Shown here: one piece after another, positions 47,801 to 57,900 of the stretch
Layout: every line of letters starts with the position of its first letter
How positions within the stretch are numbered: the stretch's first letter is position 1
From: Eukaryota sp. TZLM1-RC
Lineage: Eukaryota; Protista; Metamonada: BaSk clade
Reading direction: 5' to 3'
Assembly: GCA_040285825.1 (NCBI GenBank)
Contig: JAUPSS010000002.1
Location: 2,232,001-2,296,000, forward strand
DNA length: 64,000 nt
Notes under the pieces: model-generated
Told to the model about the DNA's origin: nothing
The model's database searches: none
What the model saw: only the letters and a program-made list of their open reading frames with translations
Made by a program: the position numbers and the translations under genes

Positions 47801-48396
47801 GTCCTTTATTATCTGTTGGCGAAGTTCTTTCTCTTCGTCGTCCATTTCTTCTAAAGTGGACTGAAGTTCTTCGTAGTCCTTCAGAACAGACGAAGTTTCT
47901 GAACTTGACCCAACATTTTTGTCTTTAGGTGAGGAGGGGGGTGGTCCCGTTCCTGAAACCTCTTCTGGTTTGTTGGACTTGGAAGAGGCGGGAGGTGGTT
48001 CCGTGCCTGGTTCCGTTGTTTTTGGTTTGGAAGAGGCGGGAGGTGGTTCCGTGCCTGGTTCCATTGGTTTCTCTTGAGGAGTGGCGGAGGGTGGTCTCGA
48101 GCCCGAGTCCTCTTCTTTATTTGACTCTACTACTTCTCCTGATGTTGTATGAATACTAAAAGCATCTCTGTCGTATTGTTGCATGAAAATTTCAAAAGAG
48201 TCAGTGTCCTGGCGAGGAGAGACTGACATGATATCTGCTGAAGATATCCTCTGTTTGATAGCTGTAAGTTGTGTAAGCGGTATACCTGGTATAAACCTAA
48301 ATGGCCAATAATTATTGATGTCGTAGGTTGCAAAAGTGGTTGAGATAAAGATAATTTATTTTCTATTCATATTATAAAAGCCTAAGGGCGCCAACA
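41824..48396 (-). mobile_element. Full-length but degraded Ty3/gypsy (chromovirus-like) LTR retrotransposon
   Basis: 81-bp LTRs 48316-48396 and 41824-41904 (6 differences by eye), TSD GTTT, PPT next to 3' LTR; gag-like ORFs, protease IDSAA, RT YIDD (44167-45306), RNase H TDASD, integrase GHP..C..C and HSDNGPEF, chromodomain-like IEKIL..VQWFGG (42012-42482). Confidence 0.93.
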
Positions 48397-49025
48397 GTTT
48401 GTGTTATAAATGTTCTGCTTATATTATTCAAAGTTGGTAAATGGTGATTAAACTAACAAAAGGCCACATGTTATTACCGAAAACCCCGACTTGAAGGATA
48501 ACACTAATAAACAACATTTAAAAGAAATAATTGATACAAATCTACTGATGAAGTATACTCTGCTCCAACTCCAACGCAATAGTCCTTTATAGATAAACGT
48601 TTTATTCAGTTAATTTCAAACAATATATTACTCAGCCTTTGAATACAGTTAGCTACACCAGGTCTTAACATTTCCCAAAGCCATCAATAATGATTGTTCT
48701 GAACAACTTTAATCTGCCAAACTCTGTGAGTAAGTCTGTACAATTCCAATAGCTTGAAAAACTGAACCTAAATAAATAATAAATCTGTATCTTGACCTGT
48801 TGGCGAACAATGTTTCGGTGAGAGAAGGGAAAAACACAATTAAATAGGGTTGATGACAACACTGAGAGGTGCGATCAAATAGTGTCAACCCTTATTTACA
48901 GCATGAACCAACTATTGTGATGTGCAAAGAAGACACCCAGTATGTATTGAAATGCAAAACATGAAAAAAACTCTGTCCCTCTAAAAAAGGCACCTATTCC
49001 ATCATTATAGACATCATCTGTAAGA

Positions 49026-50075
49026 ATGACCTCTATTTATCCACGTGAAACTGTTGAAAGCTTTCATTCCAATCTCGACGAAGAAATCCGCAATGACCCC
49101 GTTGGAACAATGAGCACTTTGCATCGATTCTGTCTATTCTCAGACAACCGACAGCTACTCATTCCTTTCGTTTCCTCCAATCTTCAGCACCTTCTCGCGT
49201 CTTCTGATGAACAGGTTCGGCATTACAGTCTTCATATTGCTTCCCTTTATGCGCACGATCTCCCTTTCATCCGCCATGACGACACTTCCCTTCCTTTTGA
49301 ATCTCTAATGGAAAATCATTTTGCTGAGCAACTTTGTGTAATTCTCTCCTCTGCACCCTTTGCTGTTCAAACTTCTGTCACTTCTCTTGTCTACTGGCTA
49401 TCCCAACGTAAGCAATGGAAACAAAAACTAATCAATGCTGGAATTGTTTCATCTCTAAAAAACATTGTTCAAAGTGGAACAGCTCAGTCTCTAGGAAACT
49501 TGGCCCAACAGGTCTTGGATTACATAACCACATGTGATGCCTCTTTTGAGGATTTGTTTGACTTGGTGTCTAGTGGAGTTAAGCTGGAGGTACCCGAAGT
49601 TAACTATGGAGATAACTTGGAAGAGGAGAATTTTGGAGATGAAGTTGAAGACAAGGAAGCATCATCAGCAGGGGAAGAACAAGCAAAACTAGATGTCGGG
49701 GCTGAAGAAGATCAACCTTGTTTAGAAGCTGGAAAACATGCAGAATTGCAAGAATTTGAAGAAGAAATACCTGGAGAAGAATTAGTTGAAGAAGAATTAG
49801 TTGAAGAAGAAATACATGAAGAAGAATTAGGTGAAGAAGAATTAGTTGAAGAAGAAATACATGGAGAAGAATTAGTTGAAGAAGAAACATTTAAAGACAA
49901 TCTTTTAGCCGAAGAGGGTTCACTTCAAGTAGTGACTGAACCTGAAGTACCAATAATGGATGATGTAGTTGATGTTGCCAATGTTGATGAAGAAATAGAT
50001 GAAGTTTTTCAATCTGGTTCTTTGAGTGATGAAGAAGCTGTCAATGATTTAGAAAGTGGTGAACTATCAAACTAA
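49026..50075 (+). CDS. ARM/HEAT-like helical protein with acidic repeat tail
   Basis: 349-aa ORF; helical N-half (KLINAGIVSSLKNIV); EEELVEEE repeats at about 49760-49890. Confidence 0.6.
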   Translation: MTSIYPRETVESFHSNLDEEIRNDPVGTMSTLHRFCLFSDNRQLLIPFVSSNLQHLLASSDEQVRHYSLHIASLYAHDLPFIRHDDTSLPFESLMENHFAEQLCVILSSAPFAVQTSVTSLVYWLSQRKQWKQKLINAGIVSSLKNIVQSGTAQSLGNLAQQVLDYITTCDASFEDLFDLVSSGVKLEVPEVNYGDNLEEENFGDEVEDKEASSAGEEQAKLDVGAEEDQPCLEAGKHAELQEFEEEIPGEELVEEELVEEEIHEEELGEEELVEEEIHGEELVEEETFKDNLLAEEGSLQVVTEPEVPIMDDVVDVANVDEEIDEVFQSGSLSDEEAVNDLESGELSN

Positions 50076-50204
50076 TTGTTGTATTTTATAAATAAAATTG
50101 AATTGAAATTGAATAACAAAGATTTATACGATACACATACAACAAAAATCTAAAATAATCAATTCAAAAACAATTGAGAATCTTTAAAATGACTTTATAC
50201 AATA

Positions 50205-51413
50205 TTAATTTTTCCTTTTTTCTGACATTAATTTCAATAAAGAAGTTGCTTCATGAACTTTGCCTAATGAAGAAGTGCAAAGTGTTTGAAGATCAACATA
50301 CACGTCATCAATGTTAACTAAATTTGACCTCAAGAGTGACTGTGACCACACAACGACCAATCGGGAAAGTCGATGTTGCTGATTGGGGTCGAGAGTTTCA
50401 TCCTGACAGACAGAAACTGCTGATCGAAGGTAAGCAGTTACATAATGTGTTTTTAGCAATTTCTTTAACGCAAGTCGATTAATGCAATCAAGTGTTTTCA
50501 AAGAAGGTGGTAACGTCATCAAAATCGAGAGGTAAGGGTTAGATTCATCGGCAGTTGATTGACCATCAAGGATGTTAGTCAAGAATTCGACTGCTGTGAT
50601 AAAGTTATTATCCAGCAAGTGCTCAAATTTAAATGGTGGTAATAAAGCAGTTAGATCTTCAGAGGTGCAGCCGTTCATCAATCTATGAAGGCTTTCCACA
50701 TCACCTGACGTCAAGGCATTTTTGGTTGCATTCTCTAAAAAATCCAACAACTCTGAACGTTCTTTCAATTCTTCCGTTGTTTCAATGTCCATCCATAGAG
50801 GGACAGGGGGAAGAATTGGTATAGGAACCCAGGATATGTTGGGCAGCTCTTTTCCAGATTGAAGTGGAAAGGGTGGAGGTCTAACGTATTGGGTATTCAA
50901 TGTGGAAAAGAAATCCTCAGGGTTCTGGAGTACAGATGAATCTGGATGGGGATAAGTGTCAGGAGCAGCAGGCATACGGAGACGAGCAGAAACAGAGAGG
51001 TTGGGAGATGGTTGAAGGAATGGTAGACCAGCTGACTCCTGGGGTGGGGGCAGTTCTTTGAGGATGGCCACGGGAGATTTATTTGAACAGACTGAAGAAT
51101 TTGAGTTGAATAAGAGCTGAACAAAGGATCTTTCAGCGTCAGAAGTTGTAGGGAGACGAACTGCGTCAGCTACACAAGCGCTAAAAGGGTGATTCCTAGG
51201 GAAAATGCTGAAAAGAATAAATAAGGAAGCTAGTCGCTGAGGTATGCTAAGACTAACATCATCTTCGAGAAGAATTAGCAGATGGCAGCCAGCAGCAAAC
51301 TTTAGAGCCTCTGTATTGAAGATTTTAATGATGCTGTTGAATATGGTACCAAGGGGACGAGTTTCATTCTTGATGGCATTGCAGAGAGCCTCTTTATGCT
51401 CTGCAGACAGCAT
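50205..51413 (-). CDS. CNOT11: CCR4-NOT subunit 11
   Basis: YVRPPP motif; C-terminal QHRLSRLVVVWSQSLLRSNLVNIDDVYVDLQTLC..EATSLLKL matching the CNOT11 C-terminal domain pattern. Confidence 0.8.
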   Translation of the reverse strand: MLSAEHKEALCNAIKNETRPLGTIFNSIIKIFNTEALKFAAGCHLLILLEDDVSLSIPQRLASLFILFSIFPRNHPFSACVADAVRLPTTSDAERSFVQLLFNSNSSVCSNKSPVAILKELPPPQESAGLPFLQPSPNLSVSARLRMPAAPDTYPHPDSSVLQNPEDFFSTLNTQYVRPPPFPLQSGKELPNISWVPIPILPPVPLWMDIETTEELKERSELLDFLENATKNALTSGDVESLHRLMNGCTSEDLTALLPPFKFEHLLDNNFITAVEFLTNILDGQSTADESNPYLSILMTLPPSLKTLDCINRLALKKLLKTHYVTAYLRSAVSVCQDETLDPNQQHRLSRLVVVWSQSLLRSNLVNIDDVYVDLQTLCTSSLGKVHEATSLLKLMSEKRKN

Positions 51414-51849
51414 TACACTGATGAACGATCGTTTATGATGTGGAAAACAACAAGAGTAAAAATCAATAAATTTTATAAATGAGAATATGGACTATGATTG
51501 AGCTTGTTTCTATTTATGTGAAGTGAATAGTGAAAGTAATGTGCCTCCATCTTTGTTTTAGTCATAGTGTTTAGTTTTATTACATGTTGCTACAGTGAAT
51601 CTGTAGCATTCTTGGATTTTTACACCATATCCATCGGTGTATTGAATTATAATTGAAACAATTGTGGAATATTGACTACAATATGGTTTGTCAGATTTGC
51701 AGCTTCCACTGATAAATTGATTGAATAACTTAATACTTGGTAGATGATGTATTTTTCGAAAAAATCAAATTTTTGTAAAAAAAATATTTATTGAAAAATA
51801 ACAAGAATTATAAAAATATTAGCTTTTATTAATTGACAAATCACTAGTT

Positions 51850-52664
51850 GAAAAAAAGTAAATGGTCATTTCTCAAAAAATTTTCATTCACCACCTCAAT
51901 TAACCACACTTTGAAATACCTTACCTCTTGGGACAATCATATTCTGCTGAAATCAATAATACTGAGCCTTAGGGAACCAATATTACCTAATAAGAAAGAA
52001 ACAAATTAGAAGAATTCGGACAAAATTAGATTCATGTGATACAAATAGGAAAACAAAAAATTTGAAGAACACCATTTAATTAATTCAATACTAGAAAAGT
52101 AACCTTCAAATAAAAAAAGCTTTTTCTGAAAGAAGGCTTATTGCTTCAATTTTACCATGTGGACTGATGCTGTAAGTTGCTCCTTAGAGATCATAAGAAA
52201 AGATCAAACTGGGAAAAGTCGGCTTAGCTTATGAAGCCAGAAAAAGGTGAAAAGGATCCGTACTCGACTAATTAGCTGAGTAATTATAATCAGTGAAAAT
52301 TAAATTAATTAAAGAAATTCGCTGGGCGATTGCAAGCAAACCAATTTTAAACATGAAACACCTACAAAGAATGTTGGTTATAGAAAGATGTTTAGATGTA
52401 ACTTCCGTCTATTACGGCTGGACGAATATAGAACAACTTGTCGATGTCATGCATGTGTAGTCGAGAGTAAAGATACCAACGGTCCTTAGAGATAGATCAC
52501 TGACTTGCAAGAAGTGTGGATGTCTATGGAATTGTAATGTCAATGCTGTACTTAATATGATTTATGTGGGAGATCAGTATGCTAAAGAAAATGAAAGACC
52601 TCAAGTTTTATAGGTCTTGATTCATTTCATTAACATTGACATTAGTGTGCTATTAGCTGATGTC
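51850..52664 (+). pseudogene. Fanzor family B remnant plus right end (copy B3)
   Basis: LGDCKQTNFKHETPTKNVGYRKMFRCNFRLLRLDEYRTTCRCHAC...LTCKKCGCLWNCNVNAVLNMIYVGDQYAKENERPQV (52320-52612); 5' limit uncertain. Confidence 0.8.
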
Positions 52665-52917
52665 TTTGATTGAAACTTTTAATCAAAAAGCCAAGGACGT
52701 TCAGTCTCTTCCTTCGTGCTCCAATGAGAACAAGCTTACGCTTTATGGGCTGTACAAACAGGCAACTATTGGCGATAACAATGAAAAGGCCCCCATGAAA
52801 CTCAATGTGGTAAACTACAAGAAGTGGGATGCCTGGAACCAAAACAAGGGCATGTCAAAGGATGAAGCAATGAACCAGTATATATCACTTGTAGACTCTC
52901 TACTTTCAGCCCAGTAA
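52660..52917 (+). CDS. ACBP: Acyl-CoA-binding protein
   Basis: LYGLYKQATIGD, KWDAW..KGMSKDEAMNQYI. Confidence 0.95.
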   Translation: MSLIETFNQKAKDVQSLPSCSNENKLTLYGLYKQATIGDNNEKAPMKLNVVNYKKWDAWNQNKGMSKDEAMNQYISLVDSLLSAQ

Positions 52918-53084
52918 GCACTTTATATTGTGGATAAATCTATTTGTTTCTTCGTTTCTTGTTAATTTTGATAATATAGCGAACACAAAGCTGTTGTCAA
53001 TATATAAAACACATGTGGGTAGACATTGTTTCATTATCCGACACTATTCCTTATATAAAACACATAAAAAATAAATAAGTTTAA

Positions 53085-54245
53085 TCAATCAACCATAATT
53101 CTTTCAAGTCCGGGCAGTAAATTCTTATAAGTTTCTAAATCAGCAGTAAACATCTCATCCAATTTCTCTTTTTGTTCCCCAACCTCCATAGCTAAAAGAC
53201 TGGAAACATTATTACTATAATACCTCTTCTTAACATCGCGCCTAAACTTGACAAACTCCACGCAATCTTCTTCTAAAAGTCCCTTCTGCTGTAAAGAAAC
53301 AAACCTGAAAAATTCGCAAGCCCTCAGTGCCAAATCATAATTGAGGGCAGTTTTCCTGCAGATATCCAGTAGTTTCTCTTTATTTATATAAGTTTCGTTT
53401 TCAAAATCACTCAATTTAACCCCGAAATCCCGAAATAACTGACAGTGAAATAAATCCAAAACTGAAACTATGCTATCACCTGGACTTTCTGGTAACACAT
53501 CCTTTGCTCCCACCTCTACAGCAGTCATATAAAGACTGGAAACCAGCTTCTTAGCCAGCCCAATTCCCCTAAAAGGAGGAAGAATAAATACTTGGGATAA
53601 ACGAAGCCTGGTAGAATCAGGATAGGCAAAGAAAGAGTAAGCAGTCATTGATCCAACCAAGGAGTAATTGGAAGAAGAAATCTTTTTGAGAACATAGAAC
53701 GAGGTCCAACCGGGTTCTTCCAGGTCTATTCTTCCAAATTCGTCAATGAAGAGGAACATTAGCGATTCTATACGTCTGTGTAAAGGCCAGATAGCAGGGC
53801 TGCTTGAGAGATTACACCTATTAATACAGTAAGTGACTCCTTCGTGGTAATAATCGCCAATGGTCTCCGTGTGGGTAAATAAGGGTGAAGTTTCAGAAGT
53901 AAAAGTTGATTCAAAGTGGGAAAGTGATGTTGTAAGAAGGGGTTGTTGTTGCCCAGGAGGACTCAAAAGGTTCGCTATATGCTTGTCAACATCAGTACAG
54001 TCTTTTTCCTGAGCATCACTAGAAAAAGCGTAGTAACAATCCAATGTGGAACCATTGTAGTAAATATCAATTCTGGGATTGGTATGACCCTTAATAACTT
54101 CGTCAGGGAAAACTTGATGTGTCAAATCTGGATTAAACTCAGGGGTAGATGAAGTGCAACTGTCATAGATCTTGATAAATGTGACTTCATTGGAATCAAC
54201 ACCAGTTATTTCAGGATCAAGTTCAGAGTTTTGTTGGTTGTTCAT
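53085..54245 (-). CDS. HAT1: Histone acetyltransferase type B catalytic subunit
   Basis: FNPDLTHQVFPDEVIKG, RLRLSQVFILPPFRGIGLA GNAT acetyl-CoA motif. Confidence 0.9.
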   Translation of the reverse strand: MNNQQNSELDPEITGVDSNEVTFIKIYDSCTSSTPEFNPDLTHQVFPDEVIKGHTNPRIDIYYNGSTLDCYYAFSSDAQEKDCTDVDKHIANLLSPPGQQQPLLTTSLSHFESTFTSETSPLFTHTETIGDYYHEGVTYCINRCNLSSSPAIWPLHRRIESLMFLFIDEFGRIDLEEPGWTSFYVLKKISSSNYSLVGSMTAYSFFAYPDSTRLRLSQVFILPPFRGIGLAKKLVSSLYMTAVEVGAKDVLPESPGDSIVSVLDLFHCQLFRDFGVKLSDFENETYINKEKLLDICRKTALNYDLALRACEFFRFVSLQQKGLLEEDCVEFVKFRRDVKKRYYSNNVSSLLAMEVGEQKEKLDEMFTADLETYKNLLPGLERIMVD

Positions 54246-54933
54246 AGACTTGGACTGAGCAAAAAGGCAAGTTTGAGTAAGAAATCAGAAAATGATTTGG
54301 AAAAATCTGATTTCTCTGACAGGTTTTGAAAAAACTGTCATTTCAAAAGGTGAGGGTCAACTTCTACCAGTCATACAAGTAATTGGAAAGGAAATATGAG
54401 TGGAATTTCTGTCAATAATTAAAGCGGAAGCGGAAATAGAAAGGTGAAATTAGACAATTAACAGTTATAAGTTGAACTCCAATTAAAAGCAATGAGTAAT
54501 TTTCCAAAAATGGAAATGAAATTCTCTATTGATTATGTAAAACAATAAGTTTCTGATGCACTAATTCGTCCGTAATCAACCATGATAGGTTCTTCATCAA
54601 AATTTCTGGTATATAGTCTTCTTAAAATGTTGACCATTTATTTAAACATACTTTTGAGGATTCACAAAAGAAGCCTAAACTTTAGCCTGGGAGAAATGGA
54701 AATTAAATCCACAAGTACAGTCCCCCTTTTTAATGGAAAGTTGTACTTTTATTTCTGAATTAAGAACAACATTTCAACTTTTTAGAATTATGCCACCTGA
54801 AAAGTTCAAAAATCTGTTGAAGAAAATTTTTAGAATTTGAAATCATCGACACCGATTGTCATTGGCTGTCCACTTTGATTGATTTACTTCGTAGAATCTT
54901 TAAGAATCTGCAATTAATTCCTCCTTGAATGTA

Positions 54934-57900
54934 TTACCTACTGCTGATAACATTTCTGTCTGTGAATATAACCAGTTTCCTTCCTTTCAAGTAGTTTTCA
55001 AAACCACTTTGAGTTAACATGAGCAGGATGGCATAGAGTTCCTTTTGGTTTGTCGGCCAGTTCTTTTGCGAGTTGGTTAACAACCGGCTGAAGAAGCTGA
55101 TAGGCCTACATTTCCTGTTGATCAGGGGGGTACCGGGGTCGTCTACTTGTTCGATTTGTTCCCATATGACGCCGCCTACAGCAATGTCGGATGCATCGCA
55201 ACTAATTAAGATTTGGTTTTCCAGCGGAGGTAAGCTGAGCGGCATGTGCTTTGCTATCAGTTGGTTGATCTTTTGAAGGAGTCCGTCGTGCATGTCGGTC
55301 CATTGAAGGCGTTGCGCGCGGGGTTTGGGTTTAACGTTGGAGTTATTTCCATCCTTCTTAGTCAATCTGATGATAGGAGCGATGAGCTCAGATACCTGAG
55401 GAAGCCATTCTCTAATGAAGTTGACTGATCCTACGAGGCTGCGGAAGTCTTTGATTGTCTTTGGTCTAGGTAGATTCAACAAAGATTCAACGCGAGTGGG
55501 ATCGATAGTCCGTTGTTTGTTTTGGAAAACACTGCCCAGTATCTTGATTGGGTGTCTGGAAGACACGAAATGGCACTTTGGAAGTCCCAAGGAAACTCTT
55601 TTGCATCTGGCTTGATCAAGGACGCGATGGAGGCGTTCAATGAATTCGTCAAAGGTTGAACCAATGATTATGATGTCATCTATGTAAATGAAGACACCGT
55701 CTCCAGAGAAGATGTCAGCCATGACGTTTTGGAAAACGGCTGGGACATTCTTTAGGCCAAAAGCTGCACGTTTGAACATGATGTTTTTGCCAGGAATGCT
55801 CAGGGCTGTTTTCTGCCAATCCTTTTCAGCAATCTTGAGTTGCCAAAAGGCTTTGGGGAGGTCAAGGGTGCCTATGTAGTTCGCTTGGGAGAGAAATACC
55901 AGCACATCGGAGATCCTTGGAAGGTTGGGCTCAACAGAAATGGTGTTGGCGTTGACTCCGTCCTTGCCACTATAGTCACCGGTAAGGCGGGGCTTACGGT
56001 GATCTGGGTAGACTACCAGACAGACAGGGGAGCTGAACTCATGGTTCGATGGAACAGCGAATCCTGAGTCTACGAGTTCGTCGAAAATTTGGTTAGCGAC
56101 CTCTAGCCTGGCTGGATTCAGGGTCCTGGGGGGTCTTCTAACTCTGACGTCTTCATTGTAGAAGTTGATTTCCATTGGAGGGCAATCAATACCTTCAGCA
56201 TGAGGCTTGAGGGTAAATACGTCTTCGAACTCTTTCAAGGTTTGAAGTAGGGACTTCTTGAAATGGTCGTTGTCGAGGTTGATGGTACAACCAGATGAGT
56301 TGATGTGTTCCAACCAACGTGTGGAAACGTTGACGACTTCTGAAGCTTGCGATATTCGATGGTCGAATTCGGCTTCAGGTAATAGTAATGTGCGACAGGC
56401 GTCGTCCATTCTAATATAAATGCCCTTGTTGTTCATCAGTCCAAGGTGACTCAGCAAGTCAGCACCAATGAGAATGGTCTCATGTCCAGGAACGATGCTG
56501 AACTTGTGTTTCACATGTACAATCTGGGTAACACAGCCTAGTCTAATACTAAGGGTTCCAGAAGCAGTACCAAGGGACTGTGAGGTAGTTCCATCAGTAA
56601 TCTTGTAGGATATGGTTTCGTTGGAACGTGCCATGTTACAATTACTGATGACGTCTTCCGTGACTACTGAGCATGTTGCGCCAGAGTCGATTATGCCTTT
56701 AATCTCGACATTGTTGATCGAGAAGTTTAATTGAAGGCAGTTGGTTGTGGACTTTATGGATTGTACCATGAATATTGTATCCAAATCATATTCAGCTTGT
56801 TCTGAGAAGAAACTAGCTTGAATGTTGTGTGTCTTGGTATGTTCCAAGTTGGCCAAAGGATTGATTAGGGAATCTTTCCATGTTGTGTTTTCTGTGTGGG
56901 AATGTGTTGTAGTTGTAGGGGGTATGGTTTCAAAACTGCGTAAATAGTGACGGGAACGTTTATTATATGATGAAGAGCCTCTGCCTCTGCCGCGAGTGCC
57001 TCTTCGACTACGGAAACCAGAACCTCTAGAACTTCTGCCTCGAGCTTTGTGTTGAGCTTGTTGCTCTCTCCACTTTTTGCTTCTTTGGCAGTCCTCACTA
57101 GGGCACCTTTCAGTCGGATGACCCATTTGTTTACAGAAATTGCATTGAACGTTGGCATCAGACTGAGTGGAAGACGGTTGAGTAGAGCATCCTTCTCGTC
57201 GTTGTTGTTTTGGGCACCTACCAGAGCTGGAACCTCTTGGTTTGGGGATAGCAGGGGGAGAAGGTACCGTCTGTCTGCGACGGTTCTCAGTCTGAAACGA
57301 GATTCTATTTTGATACAAGAAGTCCACGTGGTTGATCTGCTCCTTAAAAGATCTAGCATTACAGAAATTTTCGTATTCTATTTGGAGAACACTGAAAAAT
57401 TCTCCTAGGGTGTGGCCATCTGAGTAATAATGGGAGGGATTGGACCAGATCCTGAGGAGTCTGTCCCTGATGATGGTAATACCGATGCTTTCAATAACGT
57501 GAGAGGCAATTTCCCATTCAGGAAGTCGGTCGACGGGGTTTCCGTGGATGGTGATGTGTCTCATTTGTTGAGTCAGACCACGAACGTCTTGGATAGCGGT
57601 GGAACGCGTTAAGACTCTGCCTATGTTAAGCATGAAGTCTATCCATCTGTTACCATAATCTCTCTCAGACCAATCCATGTGTACAGCATGAAGTGCGTCC
57701 AGGGCTTGATCCAGTCTACTGAATTGGGTTCTCCTTAGGATCTGTTCCCAAATTTTGCGTTCGTCTCTGCTGGTTGGGACCATGGCGGAGGAAATTGAAA
57801 GGCCAGTGCCTTGATACCTTAAAGCGTTGAGAGCTTCAGGTGTAACGCATTCAGCTAAGCCTCTGGGACTAATGCGCATGGCAGATCTGAAGAGATCCCA

